Assembly: GCA_963696575.1 (NCBI GenBank) | Contig: CAVOKT010000004.1 | Coordinates: forward strand, 399,434-463,433 | DNA from: an uncultured Acidobacteriaceae bacterium | GTDB taxonomy: Bacteria; Acidobacteriota; Terriglobia; Terriglobales; Acidobacteriaceae | DNA: 64,000 bases | Reading direction: 5' to 3' | Part shown: positions 43,445 through 53,388 of the stretch, piece by piece | Layout: the number at the start of each line of letters is the position of its first letter | Position numbering within the stretch: position 1 is the stretch's first letter | Made by a program: the position numbers and the translations under genes | Notes under the pieces: model-generated | The model's input: only the letters and a program-made list of their open reading frames with translations | Databases searched by the model: none | Told to the model about the DNA's origin: nothing

Positions 43445-44926
43445 ATGGGCCTCAACGCTATTGATCTCGCGGTCATTGTGTTCTATCTCGGCGCAGTGAC
43501 CGCGTTTGGCCTGCGCTTTCGCAAGCACCAGCGCACCCTGAAAGACTACTTCCTCGCTCAGCAGCAGATCTCCTGGTGGGCGATTTCGCTCTCAATTGTG
43601 GCGGCGGAAACCAGCACCCTCACCATTATCAGCGTGCCCGGACTCGCATACGAGAAAGACTTCCGTTTCCTGCAACTGGTGGTCGGCTACCTCGTCGGTC
43701 GCGTGGCCATCAGCTTTCTTCTTATTCCGCAATACTTCCGCGGCGAGCTGGTCACGGCGTATCAACTGATGGAGCGCCGCTTTGGCCAAAAACTGCGCGC
43801 GCTTACTGCCGGCCTTTTTCTCATCACGCGCGCCGCTGCCGAAGGAGTCCGTGTATTCGCGGTCGCGATCGTCGTGGGCATTGCGCTTTCAGGATTGCTG
43901 GCGGGGCTTAGCGACTTGGCACGCGATGTCTCGGCAATCGCAATCGTTACCGGCTTGACCCTGATCTACACCTACGAGGGCGGCATGACGGCGGTGATTT
44001 GGACTGACGTGATGCAACTCGCCATCTATCTCAGCGGGACACTGGTTGGGTTCTTCACCCTTCTGCATCTCATTCCCGGAGGATGGGGCACGGTCCAATC
44101 AATCGCGGGGAGTGCGGGCAAGTTTAAGGTGTTCGACTTCTCGTGGAATTTTTACTCCACCTACACGTTCTGGTCCGGATTGATCGGTGGCGCATTTCTC
44201 ACCACAGCGAGCCATGGCGCTGACCAGCTCATCGTGCAGCGACTCCTGGCCGCCCGTAACGAACGGGAGTCGAAGATCGCTCTCATGTCGAGTTGGATTG
44301 TGGTGGCGGCGCAGTTCGCGCTGTTCCTCATGGTGGGATCCATGCTGTTCGTCTTCTACAAACTATTTCCGCCCCTCGTACCGTTCAGCCGTACGGACAC
44401 CATCTTCACGACATTCGTGGTGACGAAGATGCCGCACGGAATCAGTGGACTACTGATCTCAGCGATTCTGGCGGCAGCCATGTCGAACCTGAGCGCCGCG
44501 CTGAATTCGCTGTCGTCGACTACAGTGGTTGATTTCTACGGGCGATGGCGTCCGCACGCCAGCGAGGAGCACCGCTTGCGGCTTTCGCGATTAGCCACCG
44601 TCGGGTGGGCGCTGGTGTTGTTTGTTCTGGCCATTGCAGCGAGGCACGGCGGCAAGGTGCTGGAGGTTGGGCTGTCGATTGCTTCGGTGGCTTATGGGTC
44701 GTTGCTCGGCGTGTTTCTGCTGGGAGTGTTAACGAAGCGGACGTGCGAGCGGGGAGCGATGGCCGGGATGCTGGTTGGATTCCTGCTGAACATGTACCTG
44801 TGGCTGTTCACAGGAGTGCCGTTCACGTGGTACGTGGCGCTGGGGAGCTGCGCAACCATGATCGCGGGTTATACAGTCAGCTGGTTGCTGCCGTCCGATT
44901 CCGCCTCCCGTTTGCGAACCGGTTAA
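43445..44926 (+). CDS. Sodium:solute symporter (SSS) family transporter
   Basis: 493 aa, about 13 TM helices. The N-terminus (LAVIVFYLGAVTAFGLRFRKHQRTLKDYFLAQQQISWWAISLSIVAAETSTLT) is typical of SSS transporters. Confidence 0.8.
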   Translation: MGLNAIDLAVIVFYLGAVTAFGLRFRKHQRTLKDYFLAQQQISWWAISLSIVAAETSTLTIISVPGLAYEKDFRFLQLVVGYLVGRVAISFLLIPQYFRGELVTAYQLMERRFGQKLRALTAGLFLITRAAAEGVRVFAVAIVVGIALSGLLAGLSDLARDVSAIAIVTGLTLIYTYEGGMTAVIWTDVMQLAIYLSGTLVGFFTLLHLIPGGWGTVQSIAGSAGKFKVFDFSWNFYSTYTFWSGLIGGAFLTTASHGADQLIVQRLLAARNERESKIALMSSWIVVAAQFALFLMVGSMLFVFYKLFPPLVPFSRTDTIFTTFVVTKMPHGISGLLISAILAAAMSNLSAALNSLSSTTVVDFYGRWRPHASEEHRLRLSRLATVGWALVLFVLAIAARHGGKVLEVGLSIASVAYGSLLGVFLLGVLTKRTCERGAMAGMLVGFLLNMYLWLFTGVPFTWYVALGSCATMIAGYTVSWLLPSDSASRLRTG

Positions 44927-45041
44927 CCCTGCGTTGGCCGCATCCGGAAAAGCCAAGCCAGCGAGCGCAAACACCTGGCGGCCAGACATTTCCATCAGGC
45001 CGCCAGGAATTCGCAGAGATTCGGTTGAAACGCTAGGTAAG

Positions 45042-47339
45042 TTACAGCTGGGCCAGTGTCGCTTGGGCCTGCTTGGCATCGTCGTTGTTCAGCGGCGGAG
45101 CCAGTTGCAGTGCGCGCGACAGCTCGGCTTTGGCTTTATCTTTCTGCCCAGCTCCGTTGAGCGCCATGCCAAGATGGTAACGGTACTCGGCGCTTTGGGG
45201 TATCTTGTTCACGACCTCCGTGAGTAGTCCCACGGCAATTATGTAGTTGCCTTTCTTGTATTGAATCCAACCCAGCGTGTCATTGATGGACGGCTGGTCG
45301 GGAGCAGCCTGTTTGGCTTGTGTGGCGAGGTTCAAGGCCACGTCAAGGTTCTGACCCTGCATTGCGTACACCCATGCCAGGTTGTTCTGAATCAGTGCGT
45401 CGTGCGGAGCCAATGAGTTGGCCTTTTCGAAGTACTGTTGTGCAGTTTTGATGTCATTCTTCGCCAGGTACGCGTTGCCGACCGCGCCGAGTACCGTGGC
45501 GTTATCGGGAGCTACCGCAAGAGCCTTCTGATAAACCGCGAGCGCGTCGTCTTTCTTTCCCTGTATCTCATATACGCGAGCTAGCTGCATGTACGTCAAA
45601 AGCGACTTTGGCTCGAGTTGAATTGCTTTTTGATACTCGGGAATTGCTTCGTCGAGCTTCTTGGTATTGGCCAGGGCGGAGGCGTAAATGAAATGAGCTG
45701 CTGCGCGATTCGGATTAGCGGTGACGTATTGACTTGCCACTTGCAGCGCCTTGGGACCCTGATTGAGCCCAAACAGCATTCCAACATATTCGCCCATGGC
45801 CCCGTCATATTGCGGGTTTAACTTCATCGCCGTTTGAAACTCGCGCTCGGCTTCGGGAAACTTTTTCAATCCCCCGTAAGCGAAAGCCATGTTCAAATGA
45901 ACGGTTGCATCGTTGGGCGCGGCTTGGGCGACAAGTGACAATTCGTCGAGTGCTGTCTGATATTCCTTGGCGCCCAGCTCGATGGTGGCCATCAGGAAGT
46001 GGGACTGGGGGTTCTTCTCATTCAACTTCAGCAAGCGACTGGCGAACTCTTTTGCGGTGGCGAAATCGCGGGCGTCGCGGTAAGCCTCGGCTTGCGCCTG
46101 CAGATAGGCCGGATTATCCGGATTGATCTTGATGGCTTCCTGGAATTCGTTCTTAGCGCCCGATAGATCGCCGGTCTTAAGCAGCGCCTGTCCCAGGAAG
46201 AAGTGTCCTTGCGGATTCTCGGGAGCATCCTTGACGACGCCGCGAAACGTCGTAACGGCCGTTGGGAAGTCTCCCCTGACGGCCTCCAGACGTCCTTTGA
46301 TCATCCGGCCAGCCACGTCGTTGGGCTTTCCCTTGAGCATTTGCTCGTCCAATTTGGTGGCGTCCTCAATGTGGCCCGCCATCATATAGGTGTCAGCCAA
46401 CGCGACCGTGAGCTGCTCGTTCTTTGGAGCAATCGACAATCCGCGCTGGTATTCTTTGATCGCAGCGTCAGGGTTGCGTGCCGCCAGATAGAATTCGGCG
46501 ATGGCACCGGCAACTTCCGGGTCCTTCGGAAGCCGATTACGCAGGTTCCCCACCACGGTTTCGGCGTCGGCCATGCGCTTCTCCTGCAAGAGCATTGCTG
46601 CCAGCCGCAGGTAGTTTGCGGGCGCATCGGGATTGTTCTTGATTCCCTGCTGGAGGACTTCCTCGGCTTTGGCGGGCTCCTGCTTGTATTGATAGAAGCG
46701 CGAGAGGTTGGCGTACGCCTCAAGGTTTTTGGGATTCAGGCTGACGGCCTTCTGAAAGTCCGCTTCTGCCTCAGCGTCCTTCTTCATGCTCGTGTACAGC
46801 ACGCCTCGGTTCAAATATGCGCCAGCGTCGTTCGGCTTGAGTTCGATTACTTTGTTGTAAGCTTGCAGAGCCCCTTCAGCGTCTTTCTGGGCAAACAGCG
46901 AAGTACCCAGAAGCGCGTAGGCGTCGGCATTGTTAGGGTCCTTTTCAATGATCGCGCGAGCTTGAGCTTCCGAGCGTTTGAAGTTCTTAAACGACCACAG
47001 CAAATTGCCGAGTTCCAGGCGCGCCTTCAGGTTGTTGGGGTCGAGTTCGACGGCCTGGGTCAGCTCCTGGTACCCAGCCACCACATGCTGCCGGTCGTGG
47101 CCCTGGTGCAGATAGGCCAATCCCAGTTGATAGTGGGCCTCGGCATATTTCGGGTCGGCTTGCAGAGCCTTCTTGAACTGGATCACGGCCGCGTCATACT
47201 GCTTCTTGTCGACATAGCTCATGCCGCTTTCCAGGTATTTCTTCTTGGCCTTTTCCGGATTGCCCTTGCATCCGGTTGCTCCAACAAGAAGAACGGCCAT
47301 CAGCGCCGTTGCTGCAAAAATGAAATAACGATTCCGCAT
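45042..47339 (-). CDS. prsT: PEP-CTERM system TPR-repeat lipoprotein (PrsT-like)
   Basis: ATG at 47339 preceded by AGGAGA. Lipobox LLVGATGC. More than 15 consecutive TPR units. It lies immediately upstream of epsI and the exosortase gene. Confidence 0.8.
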   Translation of the reverse strand: MRNRYFIFAATALMAVLLVGATGCKGNPEKAKKKYLESGMSYVDKKQYDAAVIQFKKALQADPKYAEAHYQLGLAYLHQGHDRQHVVAGYQELTQAVELDPNNLKARLELGNLLWSFKNFKRSEAQARAIIEKDPNNADAYALLGTSLFAQKDAEGALQAYNKVIELKPNDAGAYLNRGVLYTSMKKDAEAEADFQKAVSLNPKNLEAYANLSRFYQYKQEPAKAEEVLQQGIKNNPDAPANYLRLAAMLLQEKRMADAETVVGNLRNRLPKDPEVAGAIAEFYLAARNPDAAIKEYQRGLSIAPKNEQLTVALADTYMMAGHIEDATKLDEQMLKGKPNDVAGRMIKGRLEAVRGDFPTAVTTFRGVVKDAPENPQGHFFLGQALLKTGDLSGAKNEFQEAIKINPDNPAYLQAQAEAYRDARDFATAKEFASRLLKLNEKNPQSHFLMATIELGAKEYQTALDELSLVAQAAPNDATVHLNMAFAYGGLKKFPEAEREFQTAMKLNPQYDGAMGEYVGMLFGLNQGPKALQVASQYVTANPNRAAAHFIYASALANTKKLDEAIPEYQKAIQLEPKSLLTYMQLARVYEIQGKKDDALAVYQKALAVAPDNATVLGAVGNAYLAKNDIKTAQQYFEKANSLAPHDALIQNNLAWVYAMQGQNLDVALNLATQAKQAAPDQPSINDTLGWIQYKKGNYIIAVGLLTEVVNKIPQSAEYRYHLGMALNGAGQKDKAKAELSRALQLAPPLNNDDAKQAQATLAQL

Positions 47340-47353
47340 GAATTCTCCTGGGG

Positions 47354-47995
47354 TCACTGGGGAATGATCTGACTAACATCCGCTGCTACTTGTTGGGCAA
47401 ACGCAATCGCCTGCGACCTCGCGGCTTCCAGATCGCCGTTACGTACAGGAGCGGTGATGCGGACCATCGCCGCGTCAGTCCGGTTCAATCGAAGTGCGTC
47501 GTACACCATGTAGAACTTGCCCCAATATTCGCTGGCCACCACCCGTCCGTGGGATTGGTACCAATACAAAACTACTTCCTGGTCGAGGTCCTTGCGGATC
47601 ACATAAAGGTTAATCGGCACTTTTCGACCATCATTCAGCGAAAGTTGGTAGGTTCCGGTAACTACAGGCTGCCATCCTGCACCGGGCAGGCAATTCTTGG
47701 GTGAGTGAATGGCCGCTCCGGTGCGCTGGGTCCGAAAGTACTCCACGAACAGGCCCAGGTCGCCTTGCGTCGGGGAGAAGTACACCCGATTGGTGTAGTC
47801 CGTCACCTTCAGGATATCCAACGTCTGCTGGTCCAGCGGAATCTCTGCGACCGTTCGATAATCCCCGATATCTTTGGGAAGATCGCCGAGCGGACGGGCC
47901 GGAGGCGTAGATTCTCCGTGCGAGAGGAAGGCCATGCCGGCAGTGCCAGCCAACAATACAGCAATCATCGCCCAATACCGCATCGCATTACTCAT
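47354..47995 (-). CDS. epsI: EpsI family protein (exosortase-associated)
   Basis: From the ATG at 47995: MSNAMRYWAMIAVLLAGTAGMAF...IGDYRTV...DYTNRVY...FVEYFRTQRTGAAIHSPKNCLPGAGW...LYWYQSHGRVVASEY, which is the EpsI pattern. Confidence 0.8.
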   Translation of the reverse strand: MSNAMRYWAMIAVLLAGTAGMAFLSHGESTPPARPLGDLPKDIGDYRTVAEIPLDQQTLDILKVTDYTNRVYFSPTQGDLGLFVEYFRTQRTGAAIHSPKNCLPGAGWQPVVTGTYQLSLNDGRKVPINLYVIRKDLDQEVVLYWYQSHGRVVASEYWGKFYMVYDALRLNRTDAAMVRITAPVRNGDLEAARSQAIAFAQQVAADVSQIIPQ

Positions 47996-48003
47996 GCCAC
48001 CAC

Positions 48004-48981
48004 CTATGCTTTCGCGCCTGCTTCGCCGTCTTTTGGCATCCAGCCGAACTTCTTGCGAACCACCACAGTCAGGCTGTGCAGCGCCAGGAACAACGCCGTC
48101 GCAACCACGAAAATCACCCATCCGGAAAACTCGTGCATGAAGCCTTCTGCCGCCTGCGGACCGATGTAATTCGTCATCAGGGCCGTGATCATTACGCGCG
48201 TCCCATTGCTGACGATCGCCAACGGCACCATTGCCAGGAACAAGAACCAGCGGACCGGCACACTCTTCTCGGCCAGGTATCCATAACCGGCCGCCAACGC
48301 CAACAACGACATCAGCGAGCGGATGCCGCTGCAGGCTTCGACGACCTCAAGGCGCATCCCAGGCATGATCAGAACGTTGCCTTCGCGCATGATGGGGAAG
48401 AGGTTCAGCGCTTCCAGGCAACTGGTCGCGAAACGCGAGGCTATGAACTGCAGGGGGAATACGATTTCGTTATAAATCAGCGCCGGAATCGGTATGGCGA
48501 ACAGCAGAAACGCCAACGGAAAAGCCATAGACCGGAGCAGACGCCATCCCGAAAAATAAACGATTAATCCACAGATCATCGTAATCATCGAGATGCGTGT
48601 AAGAAAAAGCTCCGCCCCGAGGCTGCCCAGAAACAGCAGCCCCAAAGAACCAAGAACAACGGCGACTCCCCAGTTGGACGGCTTGCGCACCACCTCGGCA
48701 AGTTTGTCTCGACGTTGCCAAATCAAGTATGCCGAGAGAAACGGCACCAGAAAACCATGCGAATAATCAGCATCGGTGTCCCATTGATGCACCAGCTTGA
48801 CGATTATCGGGCCGTACAGAACCAGGAAAACGGCCACCAAAAGCCAGCCCTGCCAGCCGAACTTCAGGAGATCATCCCAAACCTGAAGCCACTTAGAGCG
48901 CTTCTCCACGCTGGTATGGACCTCGTTCTCCGACACGACCGCCACGAAGGGTTCCGCCGAGTTTGTACCGTCGAGCGCCAA
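48004..48981 (-). CDS. Exosortase (EpsH/XrtA-like) transpeptidase
   Basis: 8-TM protein with DYSHGFLVPFLSAYLIW, the conserved Cys motif VEACSGIRSL, and SNGTRV. Confidence 0.85.
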   Translation of the reverse strand: MALDGTNSAEPFVAVVSENEVHTSVEKRSKWLQVWDDLLKFGWQGWLLVAVFLVLYGPIIVKLVHQWDTDADYSHGFLVPFLSAYLIWQRRDKLAEVVRKPSNWGVAVVLGSLGLLFLGSLGAELFLTRISMITMICGLIVYFSGWRLLRSMAFPLAFLLFAIPIPALIYNEIVFPLQFIASRFATSCLEALNLFPIMREGNVLIMPGMRLEVVEACSGIRSLMSLLALAAGYGYLAEKSVPVRWFLFLAMVPLAIVSNGTRVMITALMTNYIGPQAAEGFMHEFSGWVIFVVATALFLALHSLTVVVRKKFGWMPKDGEAGAKA

Positions 48982-49280
48982 GTAGTCAGTTACTCCGTTT
49001 GGTTGGTGTCAGGCGACAGCAAGTCGCAGCGTCGCCCGGGACATGCGCGAGACATACCATACAAAGGGCAATCTATAGAATACTACTACGCCATCGCATG
49101 CACGCTCCAGTGCCAGGACGAATAGCTATCTCCGGCGCGAAGCACTTTGGTGTCACACCGTCGGTGGCTGCTCTGGGAGGCCGGATTCCCGGCTTACCCA
49201 TGAGCCCCTCACCCGCCGGCCCTCCCACAGTACAATAACGTCAGGAAACTTAAATTGTTAGACAGGGAATCGAAGACATT

Positions 49281-50237
49281 ATGAAGAAATACATCGTAAC
49301 CGGAGGAGCCGGTTTCATCGGATCTGCTTTAGTTCGCGAGTTGCTTCACTTAGGTGATGGCTCGGTCGAGGTCATCGATAACCTTTCCACCGGGCGTCGG
49401 CAAAACCTCAAAGAGGTGTCATCTCAGATCGCCTTTCATGCGGTGGACATTTGCGATTTCGATGCGCTTCGTCCAATCATCTCGGGCGCCGACTCGGTCT
49501 TTCACATTGCTGCGATTCCCTCCGTCCCGAAATCCATCATGGATCCCGTTCCCTCGCACGAATCCAATATCGATGGGACGTTCAATGTCCTTCGGGCCTG
49601 TGTCGATGGCGGAGTCCGGAAAGTGGTTTACGCCGCTTCGTCCTCCGCCTACGGTGACACCGAGGTCCTTCCCAAGGTCGAGACCATGCCGCCCAACCCC
49701 AAGTCGCCCTACGCCGCTCAGAAGTTGATGGGCGAATACTATTGCAGTGCTTTCTCCTCGTGCTATGGGTTGGACACTACTTCGCTTCGCTTCTTTAACG
49801 TATATGGTCCCCGGCAAGATCCGGGAAGCCCTTACTCGGGCGTCATCTCGGTTTTCATGAGTTGCCTGCTTCAAAAGGCGTCCCCCACGATTCACGGGGA
49901 CGGCGAACAAACTCGTGACTTCACCTATATTGACGACGTAGTTGCACTGGTGATTAAGGCATCCAAAGCCCCCGGGGTTGCCGGCAAGGTCTTCAACGCA
50001 GGCAACGGCAATCGATACTCCCTGAACGAAGTTTGGAAGTTGTTACAGAAGATCGAGGGAGTCGAGATTCCAGCGCAGTATGGCCCCTCCCGCGCCGGGG
50101 ATGTACGCGACTCGCAGGCTGACACAACTGCGGCGGTGCGCGAATTAGGCCACGACCCCCGATTCACGATCGAAGAGGGACTCCGCCAAACGCTGGAGTG
50201 GTATCGCGAGAGCCTGGTTTCCTCCGTCCCGCAATAG
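49281..50237 (+). CDS. NAD-dependent nucleotide-sugar epimerase/dehydratase (SDR family)
   Basis: VTGGAGFIGSALVREL Rossmann motif, catalytic SPYAAQK (YxxxK), 318 aa. Confidence 0.85.
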   Translation: MKKYIVTGGAGFIGSALVRELLHLGDGSVEVIDNLSTGRRQNLKEVSSQIAFHAVDICDFDALRPIISGADSVFHIAAIPSVPKSIMDPVPSHESNIDGTFNVLRACVDGGVRKVVYAASSSAYGDTEVLPKVETMPPNPKSPYAAQKLMGEYYCSAFSSCYGLDTTSLRFFNVYGPRQDPGSPYSGVISVFMSCLLQKASPTIHGDGEQTRDFTYIDDVVALVIKASKAPGVAGKVFNAGNGNRYSLNEVWKLLQKIEGVEIPAQYGPSRAGDVRDSQADTTAAVRELGHDPRFTIEEGLRQTLEWYRESLVSSVPQ

Positions 50238-50512
50238 TCATCATCAGCATGTCCTCATGCCTTGCCGCATCCCATCAGATTCCCGATTCGGGAATTATCC
50301 AAACAATGGGACCTTTTAGTGTCTGCATTGTTCCCTTGCGGACTAAATACTAAAGTGGGGGTGACCTTCCGGTGCATTGCGGTAGCTGACGCGCACCTCA
50401 CCCCCGGTCCACAGTGGAAAACCGAGTGATTGCGGAGATCTGCGCTTAGCGGTCGTACTGATGTTTCCCGGCTGCCCACAGCACCAGCCAGCGGCGAGGG
50501 AGGACACTCCCG

Positions 50513-51955
50513 ATGCGAATTACGCTTTTTCATCCCGCGACCGAAAGCCACCTCCAGACTCACCGTAGTGGCAATGGCCACCTTGGGCTGGGGTACATCG
50601 CAGCAATGCTTCTGCAAAAGAATCATACCGTCTGCGTCCTGGATGCCAAGAACTCCTTCGTCCCTGACGAAGTACTCCGTCGACACATCGCTGAGGTTCG
50701 TCCTGAACTCTTCGGTGTCACCGCGATGACCCACGAAGCGCATGCTGCTGCTCACGCCTGCGTCGTCGTCAAAGCTGTCAGCCCTGAAACCTGGACGATC
50801 ATCGGCGGACCCCACGCTTCAGCCCTGCCTGAGCGGACACTTGCGGAGTTCCCATCCGTCGACATCGCCGTTGCCGGCGAAGGCGAGATCACCTTGTCGA
50901 AACTCGCGGAAGCCAGAGCGCAAGGCGCCCACATTTCCGATTTAGGCAACACACTCGGCATCGCCTTTCGTAACCGGGACCGCGTAGTGCGGACTGGCGC
51001 CCGGCCCTGGATGGAGAACCTCGACGACCTTCCGTTCCCCGCCTGGGAGCTTTTCCCAAAGGTGTACTGGCCGATGATGGCGGCACGAGGTTGTCCGTTC
51101 GGCTGTGTCTTCTGCCAGCGGGTGCTCGGCCGCCGATTACGCCTTCGCAGCGTTGACAATGTCTTGGCGGAATTCGATGCCCTCGAACACCGCGTCGGCC
51201 AGCGCAGCGTTTGGTTTCAAGACGAAACCTTCGGTGTCAACACGCACTGGGCAGACGAATTCCTCGACAAACTCCGCGAGCGTAACCAACGTAGGGGATA
51301 CGTGTGGCAATGGGGTGGCAACTCCCGCGCCAATCTTGCCAGCTTGGAGCGCTATCGTCGCATGAAAGCCGCCGGGTGCAACGCCGTCAGCTTCGGTGTT
51401 GAATCCGGCGACGAGGAAATTCTGAAACGCGTCATGAAGGGAATCACTCCTGTCATGGCAGTGGATGGCATCGCCGCCGCGCGAAAGGCCGGACTTACCG
51501 CTGCTGCCTTCTTCATCCTCGGACATCCCGGAGAAACTTGGCGTACCGCCCTGAAAACCGTTCACCTCGCGGCGCGATGCCGCGCTGATTCCATCGCCGT
51601 TGGCGTCATGGTTCCCTATCCCGGCACCGAAGTTTGGCGCATGGCGCACGCTGGCGAGTGGGGATACCGCTTGCTCACGGAAGACTGGCGCCTCTACGAC
51701 AAATACTTCGGCAATGCTTTGGCCGTAAAAGGCCTCTCCCATCGCCAACTCGAATTCCTACAGTCGCTGGCCTACCTCTGGTATTACGTCTACAACCTGC
51801 GCTTCGGTGATCTGCTCCATTTTGTCGGCAGGTTCCGCAAGGAGGCTTGGACCATGCTGAAGCGGATCATCATGCCTAGGCGAGAAGACACGCAGTTGCC
51901 GGAGCCCTCACTGCCCAGGTCAAAGATTGCGACGGTCATACCCAAAGCTTCCTGA
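50513..51955 (+). CDS. B12-binding-domain radical SAM protein
   Basis: N-terminal cobalamin-binding-like domain followed by ARGCPFGCVFC (CX3CX2C). 480 aa. Confidence 0.8.
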   Translation: MRITLFHPATESHLQTHRSGNGHLGLGYIAAMLLQKNHTVCVLDAKNSFVPDEVLRRHIAEVRPELFGVTAMTHEAHAAAHACVVVKAVSPETWTIIGGPHASALPERTLAEFPSVDIAVAGEGEITLSKLAEARAQGAHISDLGNTLGIAFRNRDRVVRTGARPWMENLDDLPFPAWELFPKVYWPMMAARGCPFGCVFCQRVLGRRLRLRSVDNVLAEFDALEHRVGQRSVWFQDETFGVNTHWADEFLDKLRERNQRRGYVWQWGGNSRANLASLERYRRMKAAGCNAVSFGVESGDEEILKRVMKGITPVMAVDGIAAARKAGLTAAAFFILGHPGETWRTALKTVHLAARCRADSIAVGVMVPYPGTEVWRMAHAGEWGYRLLTEDWRLYDKYFGNALAVKGLSHRQLEFLQSLAYLWYYVYNLRFGDLLHFVGRFRKEAWTMLKRIIMPRREDTQLPEPSLPRSKIATVIPKAS

Positions 51956-52033
51956 ATCTCCGGAGACACCGAAGCGCTCCGCGTCGTATAAGCTGTTTGC
52001 CATGCTGAAGCCCCTCCCGCAAGCTTCGAGCAT

Positions 52034-52120
52034 TGATCACTTTCCAGCTATCATCAGCGCGATATTCGCGGCATTCTCGAGTGGTATCGCGAAAGCCTGG
52101 TCGCGACAACGCAGCCCTGA
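52034..52120 (+). pseudogene. Relic 3' end of a second epimerase gene
   Basis: It translates to ...RDIRGILEWYRESLVATTQP*. The intact epimerase C-terminus at 50237 is ...EGLRQTLEWYRESLVSSVPQ*. A stop lies immediately upstream at 52031 and there is no upstream coding continuation. Confidence 0.4.
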
Positions 52121-52127
52121 TCCGTGT

Positions 52128-52478
52128 TCAACCCATCCTGATGTTGTTTTCGCCGATGATCTGGAACACCGACAAAAGATGAGTAATGCCCAGCAACTGC
52201 CTAACCGAGGGCCCGACGTCGATAAGTTCCAAAACGCAGCCCTCTGACTTGGCGGAAACGTACAGACGGACCAGCGTTCCTAGACCCATACTGTCCATAT
52301 GGGTAACGCTTTTAAAGTCCAACACAACTCGTTTGGAGTCTGGGATCAGTTGGCGAACCTCGCGGTAGAGAAGGTCGGTCCCGCCGGCGACCAACCTGCC
52401 GCTGCATCGCACCACGGGAGCGTTGCCACCGCGTATAACTTCGAGCGTCAAGCGGCGCGTGACCGCATTGTCAGGCAT
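52128..52478 (-). CDS. STAS-domain anti-sigma-factor antagonist (SpoIIAA-like)
   Basis: 116 aa. Contains VLDFKSVTHMDSMGLGTLVRL, including the conserved phosphorylatable Ser context (DSMGLG). Confidence 0.8.
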   Translation of the reverse strand: MPDNAVTRRLTLEVIRGGNAPVVRCSGRLVAGGTDLLYREVRQLIPDSKRVVLDFKSVTHMDSMGLGTLVRLYVSAKSEGCVLELIDVGPSVRQLLGITHLLSVFQIIGENNIRMG

Positions 52479-52603
52479 CAGGTCCTGCTTTCTCGAACCA
52501 GTCGCAAAGTTTGGAATCGATACCGGGGATTTTCACACATCGCGGTAACGAATGGAACCAGGTGTCGACAATGGCATAGCACCATGGCGTCTGCCCGGAC
52601 TGC

Positions 52604-52951
52604 TCAATTTTCCACGAATGATCTGAGCCTCGAAAGCGCCTCGTCCCACTGCTCGGAGACGAAATCGAGATAGGTCCTGATTCCTCCAAACGGCTTCGGG
52701 TCGAGCTGGAATCGGCTTTCGCGGCCCGCACGCACGCCATGCACGATTCCTGCGCTCTCCAACACGCGAAGATGTTTGCTGATCGCCTGCCGGGTCAGCT
52801 TGGTGCCGCGTGTTAGCTGGGAGATCGACCGAGGCTGTCCGCTACTGAGCTTTGCCACCAACGCCAGTCGCGTTTCGTCTCCCAACGCGGCAAATACCGG
52901 TGCCCGCGCCTGCCGCCTGCTGGACAAGTTGCTACGGCTTCGCCGCGACAT
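52604..52951 (-). CDS. ArsR/SmtB family transcriptional regulator
   Basis: FAALGDETRLALVAKLSSGQPRSISQLTRGTKLTRQAISKHLRVLESAGIV is an ArsR-type wHTH. Confidence 0.88.
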   Translation of the reverse strand: MSRRSRSNLSSRRQARAPVFAALGDETRLALVAKLSSGQPRSISQLTRGTKLTRQAISKHLRVLESAGIVHGVRAGRESRFQLDPKPFGGIRTYLDFVSEQWDEALSRLRSFVEN

Positions 52952-53384
52952 GGCTCTCGATGTTCTTCATCTGCTCCGTCCAACCCCCGTCGTTTCTGCG
53001 GAACGCTTCGGCGCGCCGGTCGTTGGGGACCTTCTCGAATCCTGACTCCGTAAGCAAAAGCAGCGTACCGCTGGGGATCGCTTCCAGCCTGAATTCAACC
53101 AGCGTCGGTCTCTCTTTCGAGTAGTCGGTCTTGGGATCGACAGCATAAGGATGCCAGGTAAAAGAAAATAGCCGCTCGGGTTCCATCTTCTGCACTACGG
53201 CCTCCCACACAAGATGCTCGTAGCCAGGATAAGTAATGTGACCGCGCGACACTTGACCCGCGACAAACGGACCATCCAGCTCTACCCGAAACCACTCGCC
53301 AAACTCACGGTAATCGGTGAGCGCGCGCCATACCCGCGAGACTGGCGCCTTTAGTTCAATTCGCTTCTCAATGCGATCATTCAT
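52932..53384 (-). CDS. SRPBCC / AHSA1-domain protein
   Basis: IELKAPVSRVWRALTDYREFGEWF...FSFTWHP is the Aha1/SRPBCC pattern. It overlaps the ArsR gene by 20 nt, a common gene pair. Confidence 0.8.
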   Translation of the reverse strand: MNDRIEKRIELKAPVSRVWRALTDYREFGEWFRVELDGPFVAGQVSRGHITYPGYEHLVWEAVVQKMEPERLFSFTWHPYAVDPKTDYSKERPTLVEFRLEAIPSGTLLLLTESGFEKVPNDRRAEAFRRNDGGWTEQMKNIESHVAAKP

Positions 53385-53388
53385 TTAC

